Program-made: the position numbers and the translations under genes
The notes under the pieces: generated by a model
What the model was told of the DNA's origin: nothing
The model's input: the letters and a program-made list of their open reading frames with translations, nothing else
Databases searched by the model: none
Assembly: GCA_003157485.1 (NCBI GenBank)
Contig: PMJQ01000099.1
Location: forward strand, 5,660 to 69,659
DNA from: Ignavibacteriota bacterium
GTDB lineage: Bacteria; Bacteroidota; Ignavibacteria; UBA10030; UBA6906
DNA: 64,000 nt
Direction of reading: 5' to 3'
Part shown: positions 38,959 through 49,333 of the stretch, piece by piece
How positions within the stretch are numbered: the first letter of the stretch is position 1
How the letters are laid out: each line of letters starts with the position of its first letter

Positions 38959-41397
38959 CTACTTCTTCTCCCCGGCGCTCTTCCGTAGCTTCTCGACGCT
39001 TGTCTTTGCCTGCGGTGACGACCTGTCGGCGGTGTCTGCGGCTATTTTTTCCAGGAGCGGTATTGCCTCCGGGTCGCCGAAATCGCCTAGGAGCCGGATT
39101 GCGTAGCCTCGCACGAACGACTCCTTCTCGAGCGCAATCGATTCCAGAAGATGAACGGCATCCTTCCTTCCTTTTCCGTATCGGGAGAGGATTCCGAGGG
39201 AGGCGAACCGCAATTCCTGCGGCTGGCCGTTCCTCCCTCTTGCAAGAGCGAGCGTCACGCCCCGGAGAGAGTCAACAGAGCCGAGAGCACGGAGTGCCGA
39301 CGCGGCGATGATATTCCGGTGCGACGGGACGTCAACAAACGGAAGAAGCAGCCGGCCTGCATTCGCGGAATCGGCCTTTGCGATCGATCCGAGCGTCGCT
39401 GCGACGACCCGGTAGCTCGAATCCTTGAGGGCGTCATGCAGCGCGGCGATCACACGATCCTCCTGGTAGTCCCTGAGTTGTGTCACTGCGGCAAGGCGAA
39501 CGGCCGCGTGTCTATCCCCGGCCGCAGCCACCAGGGCGGTCGCGATCTGACGCTTCCCGTCGGTGCCGGCGGAGTCGATCTTGTCAAGGGCAAGCACGGC
39601 CTCCCGGCGAACCGCCCAGAAAGGATCTTCCCGGGTGATCCGGGCGACGGTGGGAATGTATGATGCGTTGTTCTTCATCTCCGACAGTTCCTGAACGGCA
39701 CGCAGTCTGTCCACGATCCCCGGGGCGTGTTCCGCCTGATACGTCCACTCCTCGGCGGACTTGGTCCATTTCAACTCTTTCAGAATCCAGTTCCCCCTGT
39801 CGAAAATCACAAGACGGGGTTTTGACGGCGCCGGGACCGCAAGCGTGGTATCAAGGCTGAAGATATTGAACCTTTGTGTTGTCCCCCCTTCGGGCGTTGT
39901 CACCTCGACGTCAACCGGGGTGCGGAAAACGCCGGTCAGGCTGTCCGTCTTCTGTGTCTGTCGGACGTGAAGGAGCACCGTATGCGCGGAATCGCTCCAG
40001 TCGTACGAGAGGTCGAAGACCGGGTACCCGGCCCTGTAGACCCACTCGTCAAAAAACCAGTACAGGTTCTGTCCCGTCGCCTCTTCGATGGCGGTTTTCA
40101 GATCGTTCGTCTCGACGGGCGTGTGCTGGTATTTCACGATGTAATGATGAAGGGCCTTCCAGAAGAGCCTGTCGCCCAGCACGAATCGGAGCATGTGAAG
40201 CACGGAAGCCCCCCGCGGGTAAATGTTCGCGCCGAAAGACCCGACGCTCACGATGGGCTTGCGCCCGGTGTGCCTGTCGGAGTGGATCCCCCCCTGTTGC
40301 GCATTGAACATCATGTAATCGAACTCGTCCCGCCCCAGCGCATGCTCGTGCCACAGCGGATCGAAATAGCTCGCAAAGCTCTCGTTCAGCCAGAGATGGC
40401 GCCAGTCCCTGCACGTCACAACGTCTCCCCACCACTGGTGAGCAAGTTCATGCGCGATAAGGCTTGTCGGCGGCTCATCCACCCGTGCCCGTGCGTCGTA
40501 GACTGCGGCATAGTCCGCCAGCGACGTGGCGCTGACATTCTCCATCCCCCCCTCCACAAAATCACTGATCAGGACTTGGGCATATTTCGCCCAGGGGTAT
40601 TTATAGCCGATCTTTTCGCCGAACCACTTCACCATGTCGGGTGTGCTCGCAAAACAGGCCCTTGCGTCGGCCGTCTGTTCCGGGTAGACGTAATACTCAA
40701 GGGGGATGCCGCCCGCCGAGTCCTTCAGGATGGCATAAGCGCCGGCGGCGAGGCTGATGAGATACGAAGCATGAGGAATGTCCTGCCGCCAGTGGAAGGT
40801 CTTCGTCTTCTTTCCCCTGTCCTCTTTCACCTCCACGAGCCGGCCGTTCGAGAGGGCAACATACGGGCTACGGACAGTCGCGATCATTTCGCTGGTTGCC
40901 ATGTCGTTCGGGAAATCATAGCACGGGAACCAGAAATGATTGTCCATGTCCTCCCCCTGTGACCAGATCTGCCACGGCTTGTCCGGGTAGCTGGAATCGG
41001 GCTGAATGAAGTACAGTCCGCGGTTCGGCGTGCAGGTGTACGTCACGGAAACCGTCAGCGTGTCCCCCGGATCGTGGGGTCTGTCGAGGGTGATCGCAAG
41101 CTTCTTCGGAAGAACGGTAAAGCGAAGGGGTGTTTTCCCGAGCGTCACGCTGAGGACGATGAGCTTTTCGGCATCGAGTTCGATCGTGGTAAGCCCGGGG
41201 AGAAACGGGGTGAGTGTCGTTGTGGTCGTGCCGCTCACGGACTTCGCGGCCTCGTCGAACGAGACCTCGATTCTGTAATGAATGACATGATAATCGCGGC
41301 TGGGTTCCTCCCCTTCATTGCGCACCGGGAAGACCGACTGGGAGAATCCGAAACACGGCAGGCACACAAGCAGCACAAAGAGAATCCGTGACTTCAT
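38959..41397 (-). CDS. pepN: M1-family aminopeptidase N with C-terminal HEAT-like repeats, secreted
   Basis: Signal peptide, GxMEN motif (VEGGMENVS), and the zinc motif HELAHQWWGD...LWLNESFASY. Confidence 0.9.
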   Translation of the reverse strand: MKSRILFVLLVCLPCFGFSQSVFPVRNEGEEPSRDYHVIHYRIEVSFDEAAKSVSGTTTTTLTPFLPGLTTIELDAEKLIVLSVTLGKTPLRFTVLPKKLAITLDRPHDPGDTLTVSVTYTCTPNRGLYFIQPDSSYPDKPWQIWSQGEDMDNHFWFPCYDFPNDMATSEMIATVRSPYVALSNGRLVEVKEDRGKKTKTFHWRQDIPHASYLISLAAGAYAILKDSAGGIPLEYYVYPEQTADARACFASTPDMVKWFGEKIGYKYPWAKYAQVLISDFVEGGMENVSATSLADYAAVYDARARVDEPPTSLIAHELAHQWWGDVVTCRDWRHLWLNESFASYFDPLWHEHALGRDEFDYMMFNAQQGGIHSDRHTGRKPIVSVGSFGANIYPRGASVLHMLRFVLGDRLFWKALHHYIVKYQHTPVETNDLKTAIEEATGQNLYWFFDEWVYRAGYPVFDLSYDWSDSAHTVLLHVRQTQKTDSLTGVFRTPVDVEVTTPEGGTTQRFNIFSLDTTLAVPAPSKPRLVIFDRGNWILKELKWTKSAEEWTYQAEHAPGIVDRLRAVQELSEMKNNASYIPTVARITREDPFWAVRREAVLALDKIDSAGTDGKRQIATALVAAAGDRHAAVRLAAVTQLRDYQEDRVIAALHDALKDSSYRVVAATLGSIAKADSANAGRLLLPFVDVPSHRNIIAASALRALGSVDSLRGVTLALARGRNGQPQELRFASLGILSRYGKGRKDAVHLLESIALEKESFVRGYAIRLLGDFGDPEAIPLLEKIAADTADRSSPQAKTSVEKLRKSAGEKK

Positions 41398-41464
41398 GAT
41401 CCGATCCTGGAAAAGTGAATAGTTGCCTGCGTATCGCCATCAGGAGAGCGCGGGGGGCGGGATC

Positions 41465-42331
41465 CTATCCCTCGTCGTGGACAAGGGAACGGAGCGTGTT
41501 CATGTTTTCAATGTCTTCATGCATGTCCTCGCTCTTCTCCGTCTCGAGAATTTTGGGCACCTGTGCAAGGCGGGGATCATTCATGAGCATGCGGAATCCC
41601 GTGAGCCCGATCGTTCCTTTCCCGATATGATCATGCCGGTCTACCCGTGAGCCCAGCTCCTTCCGGGAATCGTTGACGTGGACTCCGGCAAGGCGGCCGA
41701 GGCCGATGACCTCGTCAAGCATTTTCATTGTCTCCTCCCACCCCCGTTCCGTCCCGATGTCGTACCCCGCTGCGTAAAGATGGCATGTGTCTGCGCAGAC
41801 AGCCATCCGTTCACGTTCCTCCACCCGGTCAATGATGCCCCTGAGGTGCTCGAACCGGTAGCCCACGGCCGTCCCCTGTCCCGCTGTCGTCTCCAGTATT
41901 GTGAGCGTGCGGTATCCCTGCGTGTCCGCATGCACCGTGTTCAGCGAATCTGCGATCCGTCTGATCCCTTCCTCTTCGCCCGCCCCCATGTGTGAGCCGG
42001 GATGGACGATCAGCCCGAGTATCCCGAGCGATTCACAACGGCTCAGTTCGTCGCGTATCGCAGTCCGCGATTTCCTCAGAACCTCCCCGTCGGGGGCACA
42101 GAGGTTGATAAGATATGCCGCATGAGCGAGAACGGGGGCGACGGATGAGCCGGCAGCGGCATGCCTGTACCGTTCAATATCTTCTGCAGAATACGGCGGG
42201 CCTTCCCACCGGTTGTTGTTCTTCGTAAAAACCTGCATTGTCGAACAACCTGAGAGGGCAGCGCGCTCGAATGCGCGGTACATTCCGCCGCCGATCGACA
42301 TATGAGAGCCGAGAAGAGGTTTGTGTGCCAT
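41465..42331 (-). CDS. nfo: Endonuclease IV (AP endonuclease family 2)
   Basis: 288-aa TIM-barrel AP endonuclease pattern (MAHKPLLGSHMSIGGG... HxxYLINL... metal ligands). Confidence 0.9.
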   Translation of the reverse strand: MAHKPLLGSHMSIGGGMYRAFERAALSGCSTMQVFTKNNNRWEGPPYSAEDIERYRHAAAGSSVAPVLAHAAYLINLCAPDGEVLRKSRTAIRDELSRCESLGILGLIVHPGSHMGAGEEEGIRRIADSLNTVHADTQGYRTLTILETTAGQGTAVGYRFEHLRGIIDRVEERERMAVCADTCHLYAAGYDIGTERGWEETMKMLDEVIGLGRLAGVHVNDSRKELGSRVDRHDHIGKGTIGLTGFRMLMNDPRLAQVPKILETEKSEDMHEDIENMNTLRSLVHDEG

Positions 42332-42375
42332 GCGATCCGGACGACAGGCGGTTTTCGTAAGAGGGAAGACAGAGA

Positions 42376-42397
42376 GGGGCCGGACTGGGCCGGCCCC
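42376..42397 (-). terminator. GC-rich hairpin downstream of the T9SS-substrate gene (possible terminator)
   Basis: 8-bp stem GGGGCCGG/CCGGCCCC with a 6-nt loop, followed on the minus strand by a pyrimidine-rich tract (UCUCUGUCUUCCCUCUU) rather than a clean U-run. Confidence 0.3.
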
Positions 42398-42454
42398 GAT
42401 TGGAATGAAAGTAGGCCAAAGATATCAGAGATTCAACCGAAGATCCGCCGGTAG

Positions 42455-44080
42455 TTATCGGAGGAGGAGGAGCGTGCGGGATTGTACAAACCCTGCTGCG
42501 CTGAGCCGGTACACATAAACCCCGCTTGCCAGCCCCCGAGCGTCGAACCGGACCTCGTGCACACCGACATCCTGGAATGCGTCCACAAGGAGCACGACTT
42601 CCTGCCCGAGCGTATTGAAGACGGACAGCCTGGTCACTGATGCCCGAGGAAGAGAGTAGCTGATCATCGTCGAAGGATTAAATGGATTCGGGTAGTTTTG
42701 TTCCAGCGAGTACGCCGTCACTCGTTGTCCCGCTCCTGACACCCCGGTCACCCCCGGGGGATCCACAAGAACTGTGTCGGGTTCCGAAAGATAGACATTC
42801 AGGTTCTTCGTGTGGGCCGCCACCATAAGAATGTTCTTCGTCCCGGGAACCGTGTAATCAACATACGCAGTGATCACCGTGCTATACTCCCCGAATCCCG
42901 CGGCGGGGACGGTCTGGATGAAATCCCAGAGGGGACTGATGAGCGCGGCCGAGGGGGCAACATCGGCGGGTGGATGTGAACCCGACGAAGCGGTTCCACT
43001 CCCCGGGACCAGGCGCCAGATGCTGTACTGCGTAACCTGGTCGGAGCTCCCGGAAGAGTCAAGGACGCTCCGGAACCAGGTCATCCGGATCTGGTAGTAC
43101 GTGCGGGGAATGACGTATGCCGTGTCTATGACCGGCCTCAACGCCTGCACATTCCCGAGAGAAAGATATGCAACGCCGGTCGACCACGTATCTCCGGCGG
43201 TTCCACAATACCAGAACTTGAACCTGTTTTCGGCCCAGAGGAGGGAGCCTCCCCCTATCTGGGATGCATCCCAACCGTATCCCGAAGGAGCATAAATCGG
43301 GTTTCCGGAGTACTTCTGCCATTGTACCCCGTTTGACGATGTCGCAAGGCAATACGAGGACAATCCGGCTAAATTTGTGGCACGGTAAATCAGATAAAAT
43401 GTGCCGTCCCTGTACGCGATCCCCGCGGCACCGAGGTACCTTCCATCCAGGGATGAGGGATCCCCGTGGACCAGCAGCGGATTCGCAGGACATCTGACCC
43501 ACGTCAGGCCGTCAGCCGAGGTTGCGAGCCCTGCGTCCTGGTATGTCCCGTTAGAACCACTATACATCATATAGAATGTCCCGTTAGCGACAGTCACCCG
43601 CGCACCGGTGACCTTGGGATATTCCCACGTCGCAACACCTCCGGGTCTCAGAACCGGAGAATTCTGGTGTTTCTTCCAATGGACTCCGTCGATTGCCGTC
43701 GCAAGTCCGATCGTCGAAGAATCCGAAGGTCCGTATGCGGTATAATACATGAAATACAGCCCCTGGCTTTTCACGACGGACACCGACGTTATAAGTTGAT
43801 CATAAGATCCTGCGGAGCCTGAAAGCAACGCCGGAGTGTCCGCAACGGTCCATGCGAAGCCGTCGCTCGAACTCCCCTCACGAACAGCGCCCGCCGGCGT
43901 GACGAACCACAGGGAATACTTCTGTGCCACGCTATCGAAGATTACTGATGGGTCAAGTGTGCCCCCCGTGAGGAGGGGATTTCCGGCATACGGAGTCCAG
44001 GATGTCTGGGTCCACACCGTTTGCGTTGAAAAGAAGATCAGAAGTCCTGTTATGATCCGGGAAAGTCGAGCTGGCGTCAT
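42455..44080 (-). CDS. Secreted beta-propeller glycoside-hydrolase-like protein (GH43/GH32/GH130 superfamily-like) with T9SS C-terminal sorting domain
   Basis: Signal peptide plus repeated propeller-like blades (FYMMYSG, TSADGLTW). The last ~80 aa match Por_Secre_tail (NYPNPFNPSTMISYSL...GQEV...SGVYVYRL...LLLLR). Confidence 0.6.
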   Translation of the reverse strand: MTPARLSRIITGLLIFFSTQTVWTQTSWTPYAGNPLLTGGTLDPSVIFDSVAQKYSLWFVTPAGAVREGSSSDGFAWTVADTPALLSGSAGSYDQLITSVSVVKSQGLYFMYYTAYGPSDSSTIGLATAIDGVHWKKHQNSPVLRPGGVATWEYPKVTGARVTVANGTFYMMYSGSNGTYQDAGLATSADGLTWVRCPANPLLVHGDPSSLDGRYLGAAGIAYRDGTFYLIYRATNLAGLSSYCLATSSNGVQWQKYSGNPIYAPSGYGWDASQIGGGSLLWAENRFKFWYCGTAGDTWSTGVAYLSLGNVQALRPVIDTAYVIPRTYYQIRMTWFRSVLDSSGSSDQVTQYSIWRLVPGSGTASSGSHPPADVAPSAALISPLWDFIQTVPAAGFGEYSTVITAYVDYTVPGTKNILMVAAHTKNLNVYLSEPDTVLVDPPGVTGVSGAGQRVTAYSLEQNYPNPFNPSTMISYSLPRASVTRLSVFNTLGQEVVLLVDAFQDVGVHEVRFDARGLASGVYVYRLSAAGFVQSRTLLLLR

Positions 44081-44331
44081 AGTGCCCTCCGATGCGTGAG
44101 TGATTCAGCGGGCATCCGCTTCTGGGCCGGTCAAATTGGAGATACAGATGCGCGGAGAGAATGAACAAAAAAGGGTGAACGCGGGGGGGGCCTCAGCGGG
44201 GCGCGTACAACCTTAATACACCATTGTACAATCAATCGGCATCAAGCGCAATTGCCGATGACTTCCATCACACGGTCCCTGTCATCGCACAGGCACCGTT
44301 TTATTCGAATCATACTCCTGGAAAGGACGAT

Positions 44332-45318
44332 TCACGCATTTCCGACAACGGCGTTGATCGCGGCGACATTCACAATATCGCTCACGCTGCACCCTCTGGA
44401 AAGATCGAATGCGGGCTTGCGGAGGCCCTGGACGACCGGCCCTATTGCTTCTGCCCCCCCGAGGCGCTGTGCAAGCTTGTACCCGATATTCCCCGCGTTC
44501 AGATCGGGGAAGATAAGAACATTCGCCTTCCCCGCGATGGGGCTTCCGGGCGCCTTTGAAGCGCCCACCTTCGGGACGATGGCCGCGTCAAGCTGGAGCT
44601 CTCCGTCCATCTGGATATCGGGTCTTTTCTTCCGGAATATCTCCGCAGCATGCTGGACTTTTTCGACGAGGGGATGGCTGGCGCTCCCTTTTGTGGAGAA
44701 CGAGAGGAGGGCAACGCGCGGCTGTTCGCCCGTGAGCCTCTTGTGATTTTCCGCGGTCGAAATCCCGATGTCCGCAAGTTGTTCGGCCGTAGGATCGGGG
44801 ACGACCGCGCAGTCCGCAAACGAGAAAACCTGGTGTGGAAATACCATAAGGAAGAAGCTCGAAACAATCGTGATACCTGGGGCAAGTCCGATCACCTGTA
44901 TGCCTGCCCTTAGTACATCCCCGGTGGTAGAAAGCGATCCCGCGACGCTGCCGTCCGCCATCCCCTCCCTGACCATCATGGCGCCAAAAAAGAGGGGGTT
45001 CGTCATCGTCTTCTGTGCCTCTGTAAACTGAATTCCCTTCGCCTTCCGAAGATTGAAGAAGATATGAGAAAAATCGCTCAACTTATCCGACAACTCGGGG
45101 TCGATGACTCTAATCCCTCCCAGGGCGGTTCCGTTCTTTTTTGCCTGATCCTGAATAGCGCCGGTTTTGCCTATCAGGAGGGGTTGGACGATCCCCTGGT
45201 CAGCGAGAATCCGGGCCGCCTGTATGGCCCTTTCATCCGTTGCATCAGGGAGAACAACGGTTCTTTTGAGGCTTTTGGCCTTGGCCACTATGCTGCTCAT
45301 AAGTTCTGTTGGTAGCAT
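44332..45318 (-). CDS. pta: Phosphate acetyl/butyryl-transferase
   Basis: The start was revised to [15 protein letters not shown], which aligns to the N-terminus of short-form Pta. Conserved FSTKGS and DxxLxxIGxS-like segments are present. Confidence 0.85.
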   Translation of the reverse strand: MLPTELMSSIVAKAKSLKRTVVLPDATDERAIQAARILADQGIVQPLLIGKTGAIQDQAKKNGTALGGIRVIDPELSDKLSDFSHIFFNLRKAKGIQFTEAQKTMTNPLFFGAMMVREGMADGSVAGSLSTTGDVLRAGIQVIGLAPGITIVSSFFLMVFPHQVFSFADCAVVPDPTAEQLADIGISTAENHKRLTGEQPRVALLSFSTKGSASHPLVEKVQHAAEIFRKKRPDIQMDGELQLDAAIVPKVGASKAPGSPIAGKANVLIFPDLNAGNIGYKLAQRLGGAEAIGPVVQGLRKPAFDLSRGCSVSDIVNVAAINAVVGNA

Positions 45319-45541
45319 GGTATTCCGTCCAGTTTCAGGTGAGAAGGAGGGGTTGATTTGCCCTGTCAAGATAGTGAACCACGTACACAAATCAAACAAA
45401 AACCACTGGATGTCGCCGAATCGACCTTGCCAATTTGACAGATTATTGCGAAAATTAAGAAGAATTAACCAAAATATGCCATTTTACGATTGATTTTCTG
45501 TCAGATAGTGGTAGATTAGGTTCCTGAGAACCCTCTTAATT

Positions 45542-46903
45542 ATGTCAACTTCCAGACAGACCCGCCAGGTCTATATAGAGACGTACGGATGCCAGATGAA
45601 TGTTGCCGACTCAGAAGTTGTCGGGGGCATTCTCAAGACTTCCGGCTACTCGCTAACAGAGGACCTCGCCGGGGCGGATGTTGTGCTTGTCAACACCTGC
45701 GCCATCAGAGAGAACGCCGAGCAGAGAATCTACGGCCGCATCGGACTCTTTGGCACGTACAAACGACGGAACCCCGGCATGCTCATAGGAGTGCTTGGAT
45801 GCATGGCGGAGCGGCTCCGGTTAAGCCTCCTCGAAGATGACCTGGTGGATCTGGTTGTAGGACCGGACGAATACAGGAAACTGCCGGGTTTGATGGAAAG
45901 AGCCCTTGAGGGAGAGCAGGGAATCGCCGTGCGTCTCTCCCGTGTGGAGAACTACGACGACATTACACCGCTCCGGACTGATGGTGTATGCGCATGGCTC
46001 TCCGTCATGCGCGGCTGTGACAAGTTCTGCACGTTCTGTGTCGTCCCCTTCACGCGTGGGAGGGAGCGAAGCCGGTCTGTGGAAAGCATCGTCCGCGAGG
46101 TCGTTGATCTTTCAAGCCAGGGTTTAAAGGAAGTCACATTGCTCGGCCAGAACGTGAACTCCTTCAGGGACGGAGAGCGCGACTTCGCCGATCTTATGCA
46201 GGAAGTTGCCGCGGTTGACCGCACGATGAGGATTCGCTTCACGACGTCGCATCCGCAGGACATGTCCGGCCGCCTGATCGATGTGATCGCCGGAGAGGAG
46301 AACATCTGCAACTACGTTCACCTCCCCGTGCAATCCGGCTCGGACAGGATCCTCGGTCTCATGAACCGGACGTACACCGTCGATCACTACCGGCGCCTGA
46401 TCGGAAGGATCCGGGAGACGATCCCCGGAGTGGCGGTCAGCACAGACATTATTTCCGGTTTTCCCACAGAAACTGAGGACGATCACCGCATGACGGTTGA
46501 CCTTCTCACCGAGATCCGTTTTGACGGTGCGTTTACCTTCAAGTACTCGGCGCGCGAGCGCACGAAAGCCTGGGAGATGGAGGACAACATACCGGAAGAG
46601 GAAAAGGGGAAGCGCGTCTGGGAAATCACGGAATTGCAGCACGCCATCGCTCTTGAACAGAACAGGAATCTCATCGGGACCGCGGTGCGTGTTCTCGTGG
46701 AAGGGCCGAGCAGAAAGTCCCCGTATGAGTACACCGGACGGACGGAAACGAGCAGGACCGTCGTGTTCCCCCACGCCGACGAACAGCCCGGTGAATACGC
46801 CGAAATACGGATTGATCGCGCAAATTCGGCAACACTGTTCGGCCGGCGGACGGGCGACGTAAGCGGCGCCGCGCCGCAATCTCTCCGGGAGAGTGCAGCA
46901 TGA
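45542..46903 (+). CDS. miaB: tRNA methylthiotransferase MiaB family (radical SAM + TRAM)
   Basis: N-terminal UPF0004 Cys triad (YIETYGCQMN), radical-SAM CDKFCTFC, and a C-terminal TRAM domain. Confidence 0.88.
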   Translation: MSTSRQTRQVYIETYGCQMNVADSEVVGGILKTSGYSLTEDLAGADVVLVNTCAIRENAEQRIYGRIGLFGTYKRRNPGMLIGVLGCMAERLRLSLLEDDLVDLVVGPDEYRKLPGLMERALEGEQGIAVRLSRVENYDDITPLRTDGVCAWLSVMRGCDKFCTFCVVPFTRGRERSRSVESIVREVVDLSSQGLKEVTLLGQNVNSFRDGERDFADLMQEVAAVDRTMRIRFTTSHPQDMSGRLIDVIAGEENICNYVHLPVQSGSDRILGLMNRTYTVDHYRRLIGRIRETIPGVAVSTDIISGFPTETEDDHRMTVDLLTEIRFDGAFTFKYSARERTKAWEMEDNIPEEEKGKRVWEITELQHAIALEQNRNLIGTAVRVLVEGPSRKSPYEYTGRTETSRTVVFPHADEQPGEYAEIRIDRANSATLFGRRTGDVSGAAPQSLRESAA

Positions 46904-47604
46904 AACATCCGGTTGTTGTCCTCCTTCTCGTCCTGGCGGCCCCGCTCCTGCGGGCTCAGAACGCTGACGCGGATGTGACAAAATATCTGGCAATGATTCA
47001 GGATGGCCAGATCGAGCAGGTGAAGGCGGAAATCCCCTCGCTTCTCACGCGGTATCCGAACAATCCCGGTGTCCTCTACCTGCAGGCCCAGACGACGAGT
47101 GAAGGGGCCGAGGCGGTCCGCATTTATCAGAGCATTGTCGACAATTTTCCTTCAAGCGGTTGGGCGCCCGAGGCGCTGTTCAGGGTCTACCAGTTCTATT
47201 ACGCTCTCGGCCTGTACCGGACGGCCGAATTGAAAATGGCGCAGCTGAAAAAGAATTATCCCGTGTCGAAACGGGCGACGGGGACGGGAGAAGTTGACAC
47301 CGGTTCGCTTCCCGAAGACTTGTCGCGGTCTCCCGCCGCCGGAACTCCCGCGGGCACGCACGACTCTGCGTCCGCACATTTCACCCTGCAGGTCGGCGCG
47401 TACACAACCCAGGCAAATGCGGAAAAACAGAAATCGTTTTTCGAGGGACTCGGCTACGCGGTGGAATTGATAAGTCGCGTAAAGGAGAACAGGTCGCTGT
47501 ATCTTGTCCTCGTCGGCAACTACGCAAGCGCGGAGGAGGCCAAAGCGCGGGGAGCGGAGATCAAGGAAAAATTTCGTATCGATTCGATCGTCACGTCGAA
47601 CTGA
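46900..47604 (+). CDS. TPR + SPOR-domain (peptidoglycan-binding) protein
   Basis: Signal peptide, and a C-terminal SPOR domain (FTLQVGAYTTQANAEKQKSFFEGLGYAVELI...YLVLVGNYASAEEAKA). Confidence 0.75.
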   Translation: MKHPVVVLLLVLAAPLLRAQNADADVTKYLAMIQDGQIEQVKAEIPSLLTRYPNNPGVLYLQAQTTSEGAEAVRIYQSIVDNFPSSGWAPEALFRVYQFYYALGLYRTAELKMAQLKKNYPVSKRATGTGEVDTGSLPEDLSRSPAAGTPAGTHDSASAHFTLQVGAYTTQANAEKQKSFFEGLGYAVELISRVKENRSLYLVLVGNYASAEEAKARGAEIKEKFRIDSIVTSN

Positions 47605-48758
47605 TGCAGGGCGCAACGGTTAAATCGGAACGGCAGGACATTACCTCCCCGGTCGGCATCATCGGCGAATCCGCCCAGATGAAGAAGATTGCGGAGATCG
47701 TCGAACAGGTCGCCCCGACCGATATCACTGTCCTTATCACGGGTGAAAGCGGCGTGGGCAAGGAGATCATCGCGAAAGCGATCCACCTCGCGAGCAAGAG
47801 AAGCAGCCGGCCGATGATCACGGTGAACAGCGGGGCGATACCGGAGGGAATCATCGAAAGTGAGCTGTTCGGCCACGAACGCGGCTCGTTCACCGGGGCG
47901 TCCGACCAGCGGAAGGGATATTTCGAGCTTGCGGACGGCGGGACGCTCTTCCTCGATGAAATCGGGGAGCTTCCGCTTTCGTCCCAGGTCAAATTTCTCA
48001 GGGTCCTGGAGAACGGGGAATTCCAGCGCGTGGGATCCTCCGTCCCGCGCCATGTCAACGTCCGAGTAATCGCGGCGACAAACAGGGATCTCGAATCCGC
48101 GATGCGGCAGGGTCTGTTCCGTCCCGATCTTTTTTACCGGTTGCGCTCGTTCACAATCCTTGTCCCCCCGCTTCGTGAGCGGCCCGAGGACATCCCGGTT
48201 CTCTTCCGGCTTTTCGCGGAGGAAGTTGCACGGAAAAACGGGATCTCCTACAAGGGAATTTCCGACGGCGCGATGGATCTCCTGCGTGAATACGGTTGGC
48301 CGGGCAATGTGCGCGAGCTGCGGAATGCCGCCGAAAGCATGATCGTCCTCGAGAAGGGAAAGTATCTTGAACCCGATGACGTCAGGAAATATCTGAAAAC
48401 GAACACAATCCCGCCGGCCGGGGAACGGAATCTTCCCGTCCATCTGTCGAAGAGCGTGGAGCAGGCCGAACGCGAGCTGATTCTCCGTGCGCTCCTTGAG
48501 CTCAAAGGCAACATCATGGAATTGAAGTCGATGCTCGAGGAGCAACGTCAGTCGCAGGACGCGACGAAGCACGGCGGACACGGGTCCCTCGCCGTCGGAT
48601 CGCAGGACGACGCCGGCATTTCCATCGAAGAGATGGAACACCGGCTTATCGCCGAAGCCCTCGGGCGGTCGAAAGGAAACAGGCGGATGGCGGCGCGCGC
48701 GCTGAACATCAGCGAGAGAACGTTGTACAGGAAAATAAAGGAATACGGACTGGAATGA
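47604..48758 (+). CDS. Sigma-54-dependent transcriptional activator (AAA+ EBP + Fis-type HTH, no receiver domain)
   Basis: Walker A GESGVGKE, the sigma54-contact motif GAFTGA-like (GSFTGA) and a C-terminal HTH (RRMAARALNISERTLYRKIKEYGL). It is only 384 aa and has no N-terminal sensory domain. Confidence 0.88.
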   Translation: MQGATVKSERQDITSPVGIIGESAQMKKIAEIVEQVAPTDITVLITGESGVGKEIIAKAIHLASKRSSRPMITVNSGAIPEGIIESELFGHERGSFTGASDQRKGYFELADGGTLFLDEIGELPLSSQVKFLRVLENGEFQRVGSSVPRHVNVRVIAATNRDLESAMRQGLFRPDLFYRLRSFTILVPPLRERPEDIPVLFRLFAEEVARKNGISYKGISDGAMDLLREYGWPGNVRELRNAAESMIVLEKGKYLEPDDVRKYLKTNTIPPAGERNLPVHLSKSVEQAERELILRALLELKGNIMELKSMLEEQRQSQDATKHGGHGSLAVGSQDDAGISIEEMEHRLIAEALGRSKGNRRMAARALNISERTLYRKIKEYGLE

Positions 48759-49273
48759 GGAATCCCGCCCGGCAATACTGCGGTGCCCTCATTGCGGCAT
48801 CTCTCCTGTCGTTCGCGGCCGCGGGTTGCCTCTATTCGTTTACGGGAGCGTCGGTCCCTGCCCACCTGAAAACGGTCGCAATTCCGCTCGTGGACGACCA
48901 GTCCGGGTTCGGGGAGCCGGGGCTCCGCGAAAAATTCACCGCGGAGATTGTGCAGCAGTTCACGTCCGACAACAGCCTCGAGGTGAGCGACCGGAATACG
49001 TCGGATTCCATACTCGAGGGAGCCATTCTTTCGATATCGGATGCTCCGGCTGTCGTGTCGCAGGGGGAGCAGGTCACGCGGCGCAGGCTGACGCTTACCG
49101 CGCGGTTCGCGTTTCAGGACAAAAAGCTGCGGAAAAAAGTCTGGGAAAAAACCTTCTCCAACTGGGGGGAGTATGATTCCGGCGGGGGTCTCTCACAGCG
49201 TCAGGTAGGATTGCAGGACGCGATGAAGAAAATCGCTGAAGATGTGTTGCTGGAAACAGTGTCCGGCTGGTGA
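48755..49273 (+). CDS. LptE-like lipoprotein (putative LPS-assembly lipoprotein)
   Basis: Lipobox (LLSFAAAGCLYS), about 170 aa, with pattern similarity to the LptE family (HLKTVAIPLVDDQSGFGEPGL...). Confidence 0.45.
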   Translation: MRNPARQYCGALIAASLLSFAAAGCLYSFTGASVPAHLKTVAIPLVDDQSGFGEPGLREKFTAEIVQQFTSDNSLEVSDRNTSDSILEGAILSISDAPAVVSQGEQVTRRRLTLTARFAFQDKKLRKKVWEKTFSNWGEYDSGGGLSQRQVGLQDAMKKIAEDVLLETVSGW

Positions 49274-49333
49274 ATACGCGGGCAGACGAGTAGTACATTC
49301 CATCACAAAGTGAGGTAAAGGCACGACGTCATC

